A DNA stretch of 64,000 nucleotides from an uncultured Pseudomonadota bacterium (GCA_963727685.1 CAVSGY010000007.1:9300-73299), one strand, 5' to 3'. Positions 33,870 to 44,164 are shown, counted from the stretch's first letter. The notes: generated by a model not told the origin, from the sequence alone. Made by a program: numbers and translations.

Positions 33870-34450
33870 GTGGCCGAACCGGAGGACCGTCACGCCGTCA
33901 GCGATCGGCGCCTCCTCGTTCCCCGTGCCCGCTCGGCCGCCGTGGCACCGCCGCCGCCACCGTCATCGCCCTGCACGTCCCGCCGGTGGCGATGCTGATC
34001 ACCGGACTCGCGGTGCAGTTCCCGGACATCGTGCTGACATTGCCGCCACCCGCGGTCGACGCGCGCTAGCAGCCGCAGCCGCCCGTTCGACGCTCGATGG
34101 ACGACTCCGAGCACCAGTTGACGATCTCGACGCAGAAGCCGACCGACGTCGTGGTGCCGACGCCGCCAACGGTGACGGGGGCCGGCGAGGTCACGCTGCA
34201 GCCGCCCGACATCGTAGAGCCGCTCGCCGGTCCGGCCGTGAACAGCGTCGCGCGCGAGCTGCGCTCGGAAGAGCCCCCGTACCCGGCGGCCGCGCGTCGT
34301 CTCGGCGCGGAGGGCATGGTGCTCGTACGGGTGCTGGTCGGCATCGACGCCCACGCGCAGCAAGTCGAGCTCGCCGGATCGAGCGGCTCGCCGCGGCTGG
34401 ACGACGCCGCGTTGCGGTCGGTGCGCGTCGTGTTCCGCCTGACCGGTTAG
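33870..34450 (+). pseudogene. TonB-family energy transducer-like gene interrupted by an in-frame TAG (34067-34069). The N-terminal frame is uncertain and the C-terminal strand may be missing.
   Basis: The C-terminal domain is in ORF 34097..34450: PPYPAAARRLGAEGMVLVRVLVGIDAHAQQVELAGSSGSPRLDDAALRSVR. Upstream in the same frame: ..GTAAATVIALHVPPVAMLITGLAV (TM-like)..LTLPPPAVDAR-TAG-QPQPPVRRSMDD.. followed by a Pro/Thr/Val-rich linker. The proposed GTG start at 33870 requires one more frame break. Confidence 0.5.
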
Positions 34451-34472
34451 CGGCCGCAACGGCGCGGCGCGG

Positions 34473-35201
34473 TCAGCGCGCCGTGCCCTCGACCTCGCGG
34501 ATGTAGTCGGCGCCGCCGAGCGCGTTCATCTGCTCGATGATCCACTGCTGGCGGCGGTACATGTAGGCGCTCGGGCGGTCGACCCGCAGCTTGATCGGGT
34601 TGGGCAGCACCGCCGCAAGCAGCGCCCCCTGTGGCTGGCTGATGTGCGCCGCATCGGTGCGGAAGAACCGGGGTGCGGCGGCACCGACGCCGTAGATGCC
34701 GTTGCCGAACTGGGCGACGTTGAGGTAGACCTCGAGGATGCGCTGCTTGGGCCAGAGGAGCTCGATCACCATCGTCAGGTAGGCCTCGAGCCCCTTGCGC
34801 ACGAAGCTCGGGCCCGGCCACAGGAACAGGTTCTTGGCGACTTGCTGGGTGATCGTGCTCGCGCCCCTGAGTTTCTTGCCCCGCTCGCGCTCCTTGATCG
34901 CGGCGTCGATCGCCTCGAAGTCGAAGCCCGGGTGGAAGGCGAACTTCTGGTCCTCCGAGGCGATCACCGCGAGCTTGACGTGCCGCGAGATGCGCTCGTA
35001 GGGCGTCCAGCGGTAGTCGAGGTGCCAGCTCGTGTCGTGCGCGAGCCGCGCCTGCAGGTAGCCGTTGAGCATGAACGCAGTGGCCGGCGGCGGCACCCAG
35101 CGCAGCAGCAGCACCACGAGCGCGGAGCTGCCGATGAAGCCGCCGATGAGCCACAGCAGCACCTTCACCAGGCGCCTCAGCAGTCCCCCCTGCGAGGCCA
35201 T
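34473..35201 (-). CDS. mtgA: Monofunctional biosynthetic peptidoglycan transglycosylase
   Basis: ORF 34473..35201 is intact. IASEDQKFAFHPGFD, RGASTITQQVAKNLFL, RILEVYLNVAQFG. Confidence 0.92.
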   Translation of the reverse strand: MASQGGLLRRLVKVLLWLIGGFIGSSALVVLLLRWVPPPATAFMLNGYLQARLAHDTSWHLDYRWTPYERISRHVKLAVIASEDQKFAFHPGFDFEAIDAAIKERERGKKLRGASTITQQVAKNLFLWPGPSFVRKGLEAYLTMVIELLWPKQRILEVYLNVAQFGNGIYGVGAAAPRFFRTDAAHISQPQGALLAAVLPNPIKLRVDRPSAYMYRRQQWIIEQMNALGGADYIREVEGTAR

Positions 35202-35211
35202 CGGCGGGCGA

Positions 35212-35700
35212 TCAGCTCTCGACGACGGTGATCGACTCGATCACGACCGGCTCGACCGGGACGTCCTCGTGATGGCCGCGGGTGCCGGTGTCGACGGCGG
35301 CGATCTTGTCGACCACGTCCATGCCCTCGGTCACGTGCGCGAACACCGCGTAGCCGGCGCTGCCGCGGCCGGCGTCGAGCGACGCATTGTCCTTGAGGTT
35401 GACGAAGAACTGCGAGGTCGCGCTGTTCGGGTCGTTGGTGCGCGCCATCGACAGGCTGCCGCGACGGTTCTTCAGGCCGTTGGACGCCTCGTTCTTGATC
35501 GGCGCGCGGGTCTTCTTCTGCTGCAGGTCGGCCGTCAGTCCGCCGCCCTGGATCACGAATCCCGGGATCACGCGGTGGAACACCGTGCCGTCGAAGTGGC
35601 CGGACGCGACGTAATCGAGGAAGTTCTGGCAGGTGATCGGTGCGTCGTCGGTGGCAAGCTCGACGAGGAAGCTGCCGAGCGAGGTCTGGAACTTGAGCAC
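35212..35700 (-). CDS. ppiB: Peptidyl-prolyl cis-trans isomerase, cyclophilin type, cytoplasmic
   Basis: The GTG at 35700 is preceded by ggagaa. VLKFQTSLGSFLVELATDDAPITCQNFLDYV..FHRVIPGFVIQGGG..SMARTNDPNSATSQFFVNL. No signal peptide. Confidence 0.9.
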   Translation of the reverse strand: MLKFQTSLGSFLVELATDDAPITCQNFLDYVASGHFDGTVFHRVIPGFVIQGGGLTADLQQKKTRAPIKNEASNGLKNRRGSLSMARTNDPNSATSQFFVNLKDNASLDAGRGSAGYAVFAHVTEGMDVVDKIAAVDTGTRGHHEDVPVEPVVIESITVVES

Positions 35701-35743
35701 GGGGGATTCTCCGGGCGGGAAAGCGGGCCGCCGCGCGCCGATT

Positions 35744-36580
35744 CTAGTCGCGCCGCGTGCCCGCCGTCGCGCGCTCGTGGCCGGCGAGGTCGCGACGGGT
35801 CGCGACCGCCTCGAAGCCGGCCCGGCCGAGCAGGTCGCGCACCGCGGCGCCCTGCGTCGCGCCATGCTCGAGCACCACGACCCCGCCCGCGGCGAGGTGG
35901 GCGGCGGCGCCCGCCGCGATCGCGGCCAGCGCCTCGAGTCCGGACGGCCCGGCGACCAGCGCCGCCGCCGGCTCGTGGCGCAGCTCCGCGGCGTCGAGGT
36001 GCGGGTCGTCGGCAGCCAGGTACGGCGGGTTCGAGGCGACGAGGTCGTAGCGTTGCCCGGCCACCGCCGCGAACCAGTCGCCGCGCAGCAGCCGCGCATT
36101 GCCAAGCCCAAGTCGCGCGCGGTTGCGCTCCGCGAAGGCGAGCGCCGCCGCGCTCGCTTCGACCAGGTCGACCCGCGCATCCGCGCGCTCGGCGGCGATC
36201 GCCAGTCCAATCGCGCCGCTGCCGGCGCCGAGGTCGAGGACCGCCGGCGCCGGGCGCGCGGCGAGGCGCTCGAGCGCAATCTCGACGATCAGCTCGGTGT
36301 CCGGGCGCGGCACGAGCACGCCAGGACCCACCTCGAGCGCCAGCGTCCAGAACTCGCGCCGGCCGAGCAGGTAGGCCACCGGCTCGCCGCCGGCGCGGCG
36401 GGCGAGCAGCGCGGCGAAGGCGGCGGCCGCGGGCGCGGCGAGGGCGCGCTCGCCGAGCGCCGCCAGCCGGCCGCGTTCGAGGCCGAGCACGTGCGCGAGC
36501 AGCAGCTCGGCGTCGAGTCGCGGCGAGGCGGACGTGGCCGCGAGCTCGCGCGTGGCGCGGGCGAGCGCCGCGCCGATCAT
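35744..36580 (-). CDS. prmC: Release-factor glutamine N5-methyltransferase
   Basis: [59 protein letters not shown]. The ATG overlaps the prfA stop (ATGA). Confidence 0.9.
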   Translation of the reverse strand: MIGAALARATRELAATSASPRLDAELLLAHVLGLERGRLAALGERALAAPAAAAFAALLARRAGGEPVAYLLGRREFWTLALEVGPGVLVPRPDTELIVEIALERLAARPAPAVLDLGAGSGAIGLAIAAERADARVDLVEASAAALAFAERNRARLGLGNARLLRGDWFAAVAGQRYDLVASNPPYLAADDPHLDAAELRHEPAAALVAGPSGLEALAAIAAGAAAHLAAGGVVVLEHGATQGAAVRDLLGRAGFEAVATRRDLAGHERATAGTRRD

Positions 36581-37656
36581 TCGAGTTCCGCGAGCTGCTC
36601 GGCCTCGAACTCGCGTGCCAGCGGCCCGATGACCTCGTCGAGGTCGCCGTTGACGATGTCCTCGAGCTTGTACAGCGTCAGTTCGATGCGGTGGTCGGTG
36701 AGCCGGCCCTGCGGGAAGTTGTAGGTGCGGATCCGCTCCGAGCGGTCGCCGGTGCCGACCTGCAGCCGGCGGCTCGCTGCCTGCGCCGAGGCCTGCTTGT
36801 CGCGCTCGGCCTGCAGCAGCTTCGCCTTCAGCAGCGACATCGCCCGCGACCGGTTCTTGTGCTGCGAGCGCTCGTCCTGGCACTCGACGACGATGCCGGT
36901 CGGCAGGTGGGTGAGGCGCACCGCCGAGTCGGTCTTGTTGACGTGCTGGCCGCCGGCGCCCGAGGAGCGGTAGGTGTCGACCCGGAGGTCGGCGTCGGCG
37001 ATCGGCACGTCCTCGACCTCGGCGAGCTCGGGCAGGATCGCCACCGTGCAGGTCGAGGTGTGGATCCGGCCCTGCGCCTCGGTGGCGGGCACCCGCTGCA
37101 CGCGGTGCGTGCCCGACTCGAACTTGAGGCGCGAGTAGGCGCCCTGGCCGACGATGCGGCAGATGACCTCGCGGTAACCGCCGTGCTCGCCGCGGCTCTC
37201 GGACAGCACCTCGACCTTCCAGCGCTGCGCGTCGGCGTAGCGCGAGTACATGCGAAACAGGTCGCCGGCGAAGATCGCCGCCTCGTCGCCGCCGGCGCCG
37301 GCGCGGATCTCGAGGAAGATGTTGCCGTCGTCGTGTGGATCCTTGGGGATCAGCAGCCGCTGCAGCTCGGCCTCGGCGGCGGCGAGCTGGCCGGCGAGCG
37401 AGCGCTGCTCGGCGGCGGCCATGGTGCGCATCTCGGGGTCGGCGTCGGCGGCGAGCTCTTCGGCGGCGCGGGCCTCGTGCTCGAGCGCGACGTAGGCGCG
37501 AAAGCGCTGCGTCACCGGCTCGAGGCGCGAGTATTCCATCGACAGTTCGCGGAAGCGGTCGCTGCGACCCTGCAGCGCCGGGTCCGACAGCATGCGCCCG
37601 ACCTCCTCGTAGCGCTCGGCGAGCCGCTCGAGGCGCCGGCGGATCGAGTCCCTCAT
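36577..37656 (-). CDS. prfA: Peptide chain release factor 1
   Basis: [35 protein letters not shown] (PxT, RF1-specific)..[21 protein letters not shown] (GGQ). Single frame inside ORF 36577..38706. Confidence 0.95.
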   Translation of the reverse strand: MRDSIRRRLERLAERYEEVGRMLSDPALQGRSDRFRELSMEYSRLEPVTQRFRAYVALEHEARAAEELAADADPEMRTMAAAEQRSLAGQLAAAEAELQRLLIPKDPHDDGNIFLEIRAGAGGDEAAIFAGDLFRMYSRYADAQRWKVEVLSESRGEHGGYREVICRIVGQGAYSRLKFESGTHRVQRVPATEAQGRIHTSTCTVAILPELAEVEDVPIADADLRVDTYRSSGAGGQHVNKTDSAVRLTHLPTGIVVECQDERSQHKNRSRAMSLLKAKLLQAERDKQASAQAASRRLQVGTGDRSERIRTYNFPQGRLTDHRIELTLYKLEDIVNGDLDEVIGPLAREFEAEQLAELE

Positions 37657-38903
37657 TCCGAATCCGCGTCGAGATGGAACAGGCGGCGCGCCGCCGACAC
37701 GAGCGCCTCGTCGCCGGCCTCGCCGGCGTGGCGCAGCTCGTGGGTCGGCGAGTGGATCAGCCGGTGCGTCAGCGTGTCGGCGAGATAGGCGAGCGCGTCC
37801 TCGGCGCTGCGGCCGGAGGCCATCAGCCTGCGGGCCTGCTCGAGGGTCTGCGCGCGCACCTGCTCGGCCGTGGTGCGCAGCTCGCGGATGGTCGGCACCG
37901 CGTGCTGGCCGCGCAGCCCGCTCATGAAGCGCGCCACCTCCTCCTCGATCAGGATGCGCGCCTCGCGCGCCTCGTCCTCGCGCGCCTTGAGGTTCTGGGT
38001 GACGAAACCCTGCAGGTCGTCGATCGTGTAGAGGTAGACGTCCTCGAAGTCGGCGACCTCCGGATCGATGTCGCGCGGCACGGCGATGTCGACCATGAAC
38101 ATCGGCCGGCGGCGGCGGGCGCTGAGCGCCGCCTCGACGTCCGCGGCGGTGATCACCACCGTCGGGCTGGCAGTCGAGCTGACGACGATGTCGGCCTCGG
38201 CGAGGTGGTTGGGCAGCGCGTCGAGCGTGATCGCCGAGGCGTTGAACTCGGCGGCCAGCAGCTGCGCCCGGTCGAGGCTGCGGTTGGCGATGATCATGCG
38301 CTTGAGGCCCTGCGAGTGCAGGTGCCGCGCGGCGAGCGCGATCGTCTCGCCGGCGCCGACGAGCAGCGCGGTGTGCTGGGTGAAGCCGGCGAAGATCTGC
38401 CGCGCGAGGCTGACGGCCGCGTAGGCGACCGATACGGCATTGGCGCCGATCCGCGTCTCGGTGCGCACCCGCTTGGCGACCGAGAAGGTCGACTGAAACA
38501 GCCGGTTGAGCAGCGGCCCGACGGTGCCGGCCTGCTGGGCGGCGCGGTAGGCGTCCTTCAGCTGGCCGAGGATCTGCGGCTCGCCGAGCACCATCGAGTC
38601 GAGGCCCGAGGCGACCGCGAAGGCGTGCTCGATCGCAGTCGCATCGTGGTGCTCGTACAGGCAGTCTTTGAGCTCGTAGCCGACGCTGTGATAGCTCTCG
38701 AGCCAACGACCGAGCTCGGCCGGGGAGTCCGTGACGCAGTAGAGCTCGGTGCGGTTGCAGGTCGAGACGATCACGTTCTCGCGGGCGCCGCCGGTGGCGA
38801 GCGCCCGCAGTGCGTCTGACAGGTGGCTGGGGTCGAAGACCACCTTCTCACGCACCTCGAGGGGTGCGGTGCGATGGTTGATCCCGACGACGACGAGGGG
38901 CAT
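37653..38903 (-). CDS. hemA: Glutamyl-tRNA reductase
   Basis: [47 protein letters not shown]. Within ORF 37653..38963. The stop overlaps the prfA start. Confidence 0.95.
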   Translation of the reverse strand: MPLVVVGINHRTAPLEVREKVVFDPSHLSDALRALATGGARENVIVSTCNRTELYCVTDSPAELGRWLESYHSVGYELKDCLYEHHDATAIEHAFAVASGLDSMVLGEPQILGQLKDAYRAAQQAGTVGPLLNRLFQSTFSVAKRVRTETRIGANAVSVAYAAVSLARQIFAGFTQHTALLVGAGETIALAARHLHSQGLKRMIIANRSLDRAQLLAAEFNASAITLDALPNHLAEADIVVSSTASPTVVITAADVEAALSARRRRPMFMVDIAVPRDIDPEVADFEDVYLYTIDDLQGFVTQNLKAREDEAREARILIEEEVARFMSGLRGQHAVPTIRELRTTAEQVRAQTLEQARRLMASGRSAEDALAYLADTLTHRLIHSPTHELRHAGEAGDEALVSAARRLFHLDADSE

Positions 38904-39015
38904 GCGGAGCCTGAGGGGGTCGGGTGGCGCGGGATTGTCAGGTACGCGGGCAGGGCAGGGCAAGCGTTACGGCGGCGAGGGCGGGCGGGCCGGGTCCTTG
39001 GGATATAGTGAACGC

Positions 39016-40677
39016 ATGGTGCACGTGGTTTCCAGATCCGTCTCGGCGGCGCTCGCCGGACTTGCGGCGCTGCTCGCCGGTTGCGCCGCTCTGGGCCCGA
39101 CTCCGGCCGGCGAGCGGATGCTGATCGCCGAGGTGGCCCTCGAGCGCGGTGAGTATGCGCTCGCCGCCAGCGAGTATCGCCGCGCCGCCGCGGCCAGCGG
39201 CGACGCGGCGATCGCCGAGCGCGCCGCCCGGGTCGCCTTCGACAACGCCCAGGAGCGCGAGCTGGTGCGCACGGCCCGCGAGTGGCTCGGGCGCGACCCG
39301 AAGAGCGAGGCGCCGCGGCGCTTCCTGGTCGTCGGCCTGCTCGAGCTCGACGACCGGGTCGCCGCCGAGGCCGCGCTCGCGGAACTCATCAAGACCGCCT
39401 ACGACTCGCCGGCCGAAGCCTTCACCGCGCTCGGCGAGTCGCTGGCAGCGCTCAGGAACGATACCGGGGTCGCCCGTACCATCGGCCACCTGGCCGACCG
39501 CTACGCCACGGTGCCGGAGGCCGAGTACGCGGCAGCCTCGCTTGCGCTCTCCGCCAGCGACTCGCCGGCGGCGCTCGCCGCGATCGGTCGGGCGATCGCG
39601 CTGCGGCCGGACTGGCGCGAGGCGCGCTGGCTGCGGGCGCGTGCCCGGATCGCCGGCGGCGACTGCGACAACGGGCTCAAGGAAGCGAGCGCGCTCGCGG
39701 CCGAGTCCACGGATTCCGACCGGCTCGTGTACGCGTGGCTGCTGAGCGCCTGCGACCGCGGCGCCGAGGCGCAGCCGTACTTCGCGGACCTGGCCCGCTC
39801 GTCCGCGGTCCGGGCCGAGGCGTTGGAGGGGCTGGCCGGGCTCGACGTCGAGGCGCGCCGCTGGGACGAGGCGGCCAACCGCTATACCGAGATGCTGGCC
39901 ACCGGCCGTAACTCCGATCGTGCATTCTTTGGCCTCGCGGTCGTCGCGGACCGGCGCGGCGAGCGGGAGCGGGCGCAGCGGCTGTACGCGCGCGTCACCT
40001 CCGGCCCGCGGGCGAGCGCCGCGCAGCTGCGCGCCTATCACCTCGCCCTCGAGCACGGCGACGCGTCGGCCGCGGCACGCCTGCTCGACCAGTTCGTCAC
40101 GGCCGCGCCCGACTACCGCGTCGAGCTGACCGCCGGCCGCGCCCAGATCCTGGCCGAGTTCGGCCGCGCGCCGCAGGCCCTGCAGCTGCTGGCGCGCGCC
40201 TCGGCCGCCTACCCGGATCGGGCCGAGCTGCGCTACGCGCGCGCGGTCGTCCTCGAGCAGTCGGGCTCCGTCGATGCGGCCCTCGGCGAGCTGCGCGCCA
40301 TCGCGCGCGAGCGGCCGCTCGATCCGACCGCGCAGAACGCGCTCGGCTTCACGCTTGCCGACCACGGCCGCGACCTCGCCGAGGCCGAGCGGCGGATCCG
40401 GGCCGCGCTCGCCGACCGGCCGGACAGCCCCGCCATCAAGGACAGCCTGGGGTGGGTCCTGCACCGGCGCGGGCGCAGCGCCGAGGCGCTCGACTGGCTG
40501 CAGCGGGCCTACGCGGCGGACCCGGACCCAGAGATCGCCGCCCACGTCGGCGAAGTCCAGTGGACGCTCGGCGACCATTCCGGCGCCGAGCGCACCTGGC
40601 AAGAAGCGCTCGCGCGCAACCCTGGCGATCCGCACATCAAGCAGGCGCTCGAGCGGAACCGCGGCCCGCGCTCATGA
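39016..40677 (+). CDS. TPR-repeat lipoprotein (conserved hemA/lolB neighbour)
   Basis: MVHVVSRSVSAALAGLAALLAGCAA (lipobox), followed by Ala/Leu/Arg-rich 34-residue-type repeats (..AEALDWLQRAYAADPDPEIAAHVGEVQWTLGDHSGAERTWQEALARNPGD..). The stop overlaps the lolB start. Confidence 0.75.
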   Translation: MVHVVSRSVSAALAGLAALLAGCAALGPTPAGERMLIAEVALERGEYALAASEYRRAAAASGDAAIAERAARVAFDNAQERELVRTAREWLGRDPKSEAPRRFLVVGLLELDDRVAAEAALAELIKTAYDSPAEAFTALGESLAALRNDTGVARTIGHLADRYATVPEAEYAAASLALSASDSPAALAAIGRAIALRPDWREARWLRARARIAGGDCDNGLKEASALAAESTDSDRLVYAWLLSACDRGAEAQPYFADLARSSAVRAEALEGLAGLDVEARRWDEAANRYTEMLATGRNSDRAFFGLAVVADRRGERERAQRLYARVTSGPRASAAQLRAYHLALEHGDASAAARLLDQFVTAAPDYRVELTAGRAQILAEFGRAPQALQLLARASAAYPDRAELRYARAVVLEQSGSVDAALGELRAIARERPLDPTAQNALGFTLADHGRDLAEAERRIRAALADRPDSPAIKDSLGWVLHRRGRSAEALDWLQRAYAADPDPEIAAHVGEVQWTLGDHSGAERTWQEALARNPGDPHIKQALERNRGPRS

Positions 40678-41264
40678 CGCGGGTCCCCGTCCTAGCAACG
40701 GTGCTGGCCCTGCTGGCCGGCTGCCAGACGCTGCCGTCCGGGCCGGGGCAGGGGCCCGATGCGGCCGAGTCCGCCGCGATCGCGGCGCTCGACGCGTGGC
40801 ACGCGACCGGCCGCGTCGCGGTCCGGGCCGGCAACGAGGGCTTCAGCGCGAGCTTCGACTGGCAGGAGGCGGGTGGGCACGGCGAACTTGGCGTCCGCGG
40901 CCCCTTCGGCGCGGGCGCGCTGCGCATCAGCCGCACCGACCAGCGGATCGTGATCGAGTCGGGCACGGCGCCGCCGGTCGAGGTCCTGGCGCCGTTCGAA
41001 GCGCTGGAGCCGGAACTTGAGGCACGGCTCGGCTTCCCGCTGCCGCTCGACCCGCTGCGCTACTGGGTGCGCGGCGTACCGGCGCCAGGCGTGCCGGCGG
41101 ACGGCGCCGGTGCCGGGTTCCGCCAGGGCGGCTGGCAGGTCGCGGTCACGGAGTTCGTGCCGGTCGCCGGGGCGCCCGGGCCGCTGCCGGCACGGCTGGT
41201 GCTGACCCGAGACGCGACCCGCATCCGTGTCGTCGTCGATCGCTGGCGGATCGACGGCCCATGA
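40674..41264 (+). CDS. lolB: Outer-membrane lipoprotein insertion protein LolB
   Basis: MTRVPVLATVLALLAGCQT (lipobox)..WHATGRVAVRAGNEGFSASFDWQ..LDPLRYWVRGVP. Position between the TPR gene and ispE. Confidence 0.8.
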   Translation: MTRVPVLATVLALLAGCQTLPSGPGQGPDAAESAAIAALDAWHATGRVAVRAGNEGFSASFDWQEAGGHGELGVRGPFGAGALRISRTDQRIVIESGTAPPVEVLAPFEALEPELEARLGFPLPLDPLRYWVRGVPAPGVPADGAGAGFRQGGWQVAVTEFVPVAGAPGPLPARLVLTRDATRIRVVVDRWRIDGP

Positions 41265-42157
41265 GCGCCGACTGCTGGCCCGCGCCGGCCAAGCTCAACC
41301 TGTTCCTGCACGTCACCGGTCGCCGCACCGACGGCTATCACGAGCTCGAGACGCTGTTCCAGCTGATCGACCTCGCCGACGAGCTCAGGATCCGCGTGCG
41401 CCGCGACGGCGTCATCGAGCGCAGCGGCGGGCCTGCCGGCGTGCCGGCCGAGGAGGATCTCGTCGTCCGCGCCGCGCGCTTGCTGCGCGCCCGGGCTGGC
41501 GATCCCGAGCTCGGGGCCGAGATCGACCTCGTCAAGCGCATCCCGGTCGGCGGTGGGCTCGGCGGCGGCAGCTCCGACGCCGCGACGGCGCTGGTGGCGC
41601 TGAACGAGCTGTGGGGGCTGGGTTTCGACCTCGAACGGCTGGCCGCCCTCGGCCTCGAGCTCGGCGCCGACGTGCCGGTGTTCGTCCGCGGCGAGAACGC
41701 GGTCGCGCGCGGCGTCGGCGAGCGGCTCGAGCCCGTGGCGCTGCCCCCGCGGGCCTTCGCGATCGTCTTCCCCGGGGCGCCGGTCTCGACCGCCGAGGCC
41801 TTCCAGGCACCTGAATTGACAAGAAATTCTCAGGCCATCACAATACCCGGCTCCCCGTTGCCAAGCGGGCCCGGGGCGGAGCTTCCGGGACGCAACGATC
41901 TGGAGCCCGTCGTCGCGGCACGCCATCCGGCGGTGCGCGCGGCGCTCGGGTGGCTCGGCGCACGGGGCGCGGCGCGGATGACGGGGTCGGGTGCGAGCGT
42001 GTTCGCGGCGTATGCGGACCGCGCGGCGGCGCAGGCGGCGCTCGACGGGCTTCCGGCCGGCTGGACGGGATTTGTGGCGGAGGGGCTGCACCGCTCGCCG
42101 CTCGCCGCGCGGCTCGCGGCCGAGCGCGGCGCGGCGCACCTGCCGGCTCGCCGCTAG
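41261..42157 (+). CDS. ispE: 4-diphosphocytidyl-2-C-methyl-D-erythritol kinase
   Basis: ORF 41261..42157 is intact. WPAPAKLNLFLHVTGRRTDGYHELETLFQ..KRIPVGGGLGGGSSDAA (GHMP motif). Confidence 0.92.
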   Translation: MSADCWPAPAKLNLFLHVTGRRTDGYHELETLFQLIDLADELRIRVRRDGVIERSGGPAGVPAEEDLVVRAARLLRARAGDPELGAEIDLVKRIPVGGGLGGGSSDAATALVALNELWGLGFDLERLAALGLELGADVPVFVRGENAVARGVGERLEPVALPPRAFAIVFPGAPVSTAEAFQAPELTRNSQAITIPGSPLPSGPGAELPGRNDLEPVVAARHPAVRAALGWLGARGAARMTGSGASVFAAYADRAAAQAALDGLPAGWTGFVAEGLHRSPLAARLAAERGAAHLPARR

Positions 42158-42166
42158 GGTTGCGGG

Positions 42167-42241
42167 TGGGGCGTAGCCAAGTGGTACGGCAGCGGATTTT
42201 GATTCCGCCATGCGAAGGTTCGAATCCTTCCGCCCCAGCCA
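42167..42241 (+). tRNA. tRNA-Gln (anticodon UUG)
   Basis: tggggcgtagccaagtggtacggcagcggattttgattccgccatgcgaaggttcgaatccttccgccccagcca. 7-bp acceptor stem, anticodon stem gcgga/tccgc with loop ttTTGat, T-loop ggttcgaatcc, encoded CCA. Resembles E. coli tRNA-Gln. Confidence 0.9.
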
Positions 42242-42298
42242 CTTTGAGTGGTGGGTAGGACGTCGACGGAGCGGGGAGCGCCAGTGTCCGAGTCGCAA

Positions 42299-43242
42299 AT
42301 GGCAGTGTTCACGGGCAACGCGAACCCGGCGCTCGCCCAGGAAATCGCCCGTCACCTGATGCTGCCGCTCGGCCGCGCGCACGTCGGCCGCTTCAGCGAC
42401 GGCGAGGTCGACGGTCGAGCTGATGGAGAACGTGCGCGGCCGCGACGTGTTCATCGTCCAGCCGACCTGCCCGCCGGCCAACGACCACCTGATGGAACTG
42501 CTGGTGATGGCCGACGCCTGCCGCCGCGCGAGCGCCGGCCGCATCACCGCGGTGATCCCGTATTTCGGCTATGCACGCCAGGATCGCCGGCCGCGCGCCA
42601 CGCGCGTCGCGATCACCGCCAAGCTGGTCGCGAACATGATCGCGACCGCCGGGCGTCAACCGCGTGCTGACGATCGACCTGCACGCCGACCAGATCCAGG
42701 GCTTCTTCGACATCCCGGTCGACAACGTCTACGCCTCGCCGGTGCTGCTCGGCGACGCCTGGAAGCAGAAGTACGACAACATGATCGTGGTCTCGCCGGA
42801 CGTCGGCGGCGTGGTGCGCGCGCGGGCGCTCGCCAAGCGCCTCGACGATGCCGACCTCGCGATCATCGACAAGCGCCGTCCGCGGCCGAACGAGTCGAAG
42901 GTGATGAACATCATCGGCGACGTCGAGGGCAAGAGCTGCGTGATGGTCGACGACATGGTCGATACCGCCGGCACGCTGTGCCAGGCGGCGCAGGCGCTCA
43001 AGGACGAGGGCGCGGTGAGGGTCGTGGCGTACATCACGCACCCGGTGCTGTCGGGCGCGGCGGTCGAGCGGATCGCCGAGCTCGGTGCTCGACGAGCTCG
43101 TCGTCACCGACACGATCCCGCTGAACGGACCGCCGCGCGCGGCTGCGGAAAGATCCGCCAGCTGTCGGTCGCCGGGCTGCTCGCCGAGACGATGCGGCGC
43201 ATCCGTGACGAGGAGTCGGTCAGCTCGCTGTACATCGATTGA
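42299..43242 (+). CDS. prs: Ribose-phosphate pyrophosphokinase. About four frame breaks.
   Basis: [20 protein letters not shown].., [90 protein letters not shown].., and the tail [28 protein letters not shown]. An alternative GTG start is at 42284. Confidence 0.9.
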
Positions 43243-43333
43243 GTTTTGATTCCGCGGCACGGTGCCGCGGGACGACGAATCCGGAACGGACTTGGTCGCG
43301 GGCCGCTCCGGGTTCTACTGCAAGGAGACGACG

Positions 43334-44083
43334 ATGAAGACCTCTTTTGAACTGATCGCGGAATTCCGCGATGACCAGGGGAAGGGTGCGAGCCGCCGCC
43401 TGCGTCACGCGGGACGTGTTCCGGCGATCCTCTACGGCGGCCAGCGCGAGCCACGCGCGCTGTCGCTCGATCACAGCAAGCTGCAGCTGGCGCTGGACAA
43501 CGAGAAGTTCTACTCCTCGATCATGCAGCTCAAGGTTGGCGACCAGACCCAGACGGCGATTCTGCGCGACGTGCAGCGGCACCCGTGGAAGAACCAGGTC
43601 GTGCACATCGATCTGCAGCGCGTCTACGAAAACGAGAAGATCCGTCTGTCGGTGCCGCTGCACTTCAGTGGCGAGGCGGTCTCGCCGGGCGTCAAGACCG
43701 AGGGCGGGATGATGTCGCACCTGAGGAACGAGCTCGTCGTCGAGTGCCTGCCGAAGGACCTGCCGGAGTACCTGGAAGTCGACGTCTCCGGGCTGCACCT
43801 CAACCAGTCGCTGCACGTCGCGGACATCAAGCTGCCCGAGGGCGTCACGTCGGTCGAGCTCCAGGCCGGCAAGAATCCGTCGATCGTCGCGGTCCACGCG
43901 ATGCGCGCCGAGGAGGTCGAGACGCCGGTTGCGGCGGCGGCCGAAGGCGCGGCAGCGGCGGCGCCGGCGGCGGGCGCGGCGCCGGCGGCGGCGGCGGCGG
44001 CGGCCGGCGACAAGAAGCCGGCCGAGGCGGCCAAGAAGGAAGAGCCGAAGAAGGACGCGCCCAAGAAGGACGCCAAGAAGTAG
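43334..44083 (+). CDS. rplY: 50S ribosomal protein L25 / general stress protein Ctc form, with an Ala/Lys/Pro-rich C-terminal tail
   Basis: aaggag RBS, then MKTSFELIAEFRDDQGKGASRRLRHAGRVPAILYGG..HPWKNQVVHIDLQRV..LPEYLEVDVSGL. The tail is AAAAEGAAAAAPAAGAAPAAAAAAAGDKKPAEAAKKEEPKKDAPKKDAKK. Confidence 0.9.
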   Translation: MKTSFELIAEFRDDQGKGASRRLRHAGRVPAILYGGQREPRALSLDHSKLQLALDNEKFYSSIMQLKVGDQTQTAILRDVQRHPWKNQVVHIDLQRVYENEKIRLSVPLHFSGEAVSPGVKTEGGMMSHLRNELVVECLPKDLPEYLEVDVSGLHLNQSLHVADIKLPEGVTSVELQAGKNPSIVAVHAMRAEEVETPVAAAAEGAAAAAPAAGAAPAAAAAAAGDKKPAEAAKKEEPKKDAPKKDAKK

Positions 44084-44103
44084 CGCGTCCGGCGTCGTCG
44101 GCC

Positions 44104-44143
44104 ACCGGGCCGCTCCCCTGCGCGGGTGCGGCCCGGTCGTTTT
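44104..44143 (+). terminator. Rho-independent terminator candidate downstream of rplY
   Basis: 10-bp stem accgggccgc (44104-44113) / gcggcccggt (44128-44137), followed by cgtttt. Confidence 0.55.
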
Positions 44144-44164
44144 CGGCGCTGACGCGGGATCCGC

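Noticed and set aside
34067-34069. In-frame TAG in the TonB-like gene considered as a pyrrolysine codon
   Set aside because: No pyl genes or context are present, and the organism type is wrong. A nonsense mutation or base error is far more likely.
36577-37656. Possible programmed +1 frameshift in the release factor gene
   Set aside because: The gene is RF1 (PAT motif), not RF2. It reads in a single uninterrupted frame.
35065-37788. 907-aa plus-strand ORF opposite mtgA, ppiB, prmC and prfA
   Set aside because: Antisense shadow ORF. It has an extreme Arg/Ala/Pro/Gly composition and no motifs, while the opposite-strand genes are textbook and intact.
38938-40635. 565-aa minus-strand ORF opposite the TPR lipoprotein gene. 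The same applies to 61598..63238 (plus strand), 16031..17143, 17047..18225 and 41060..42547.
   Set aside because: All are long antisense ORFs typical of ~70% GC DNA. None has a recognisable domain, and all overlap well-supported genes.
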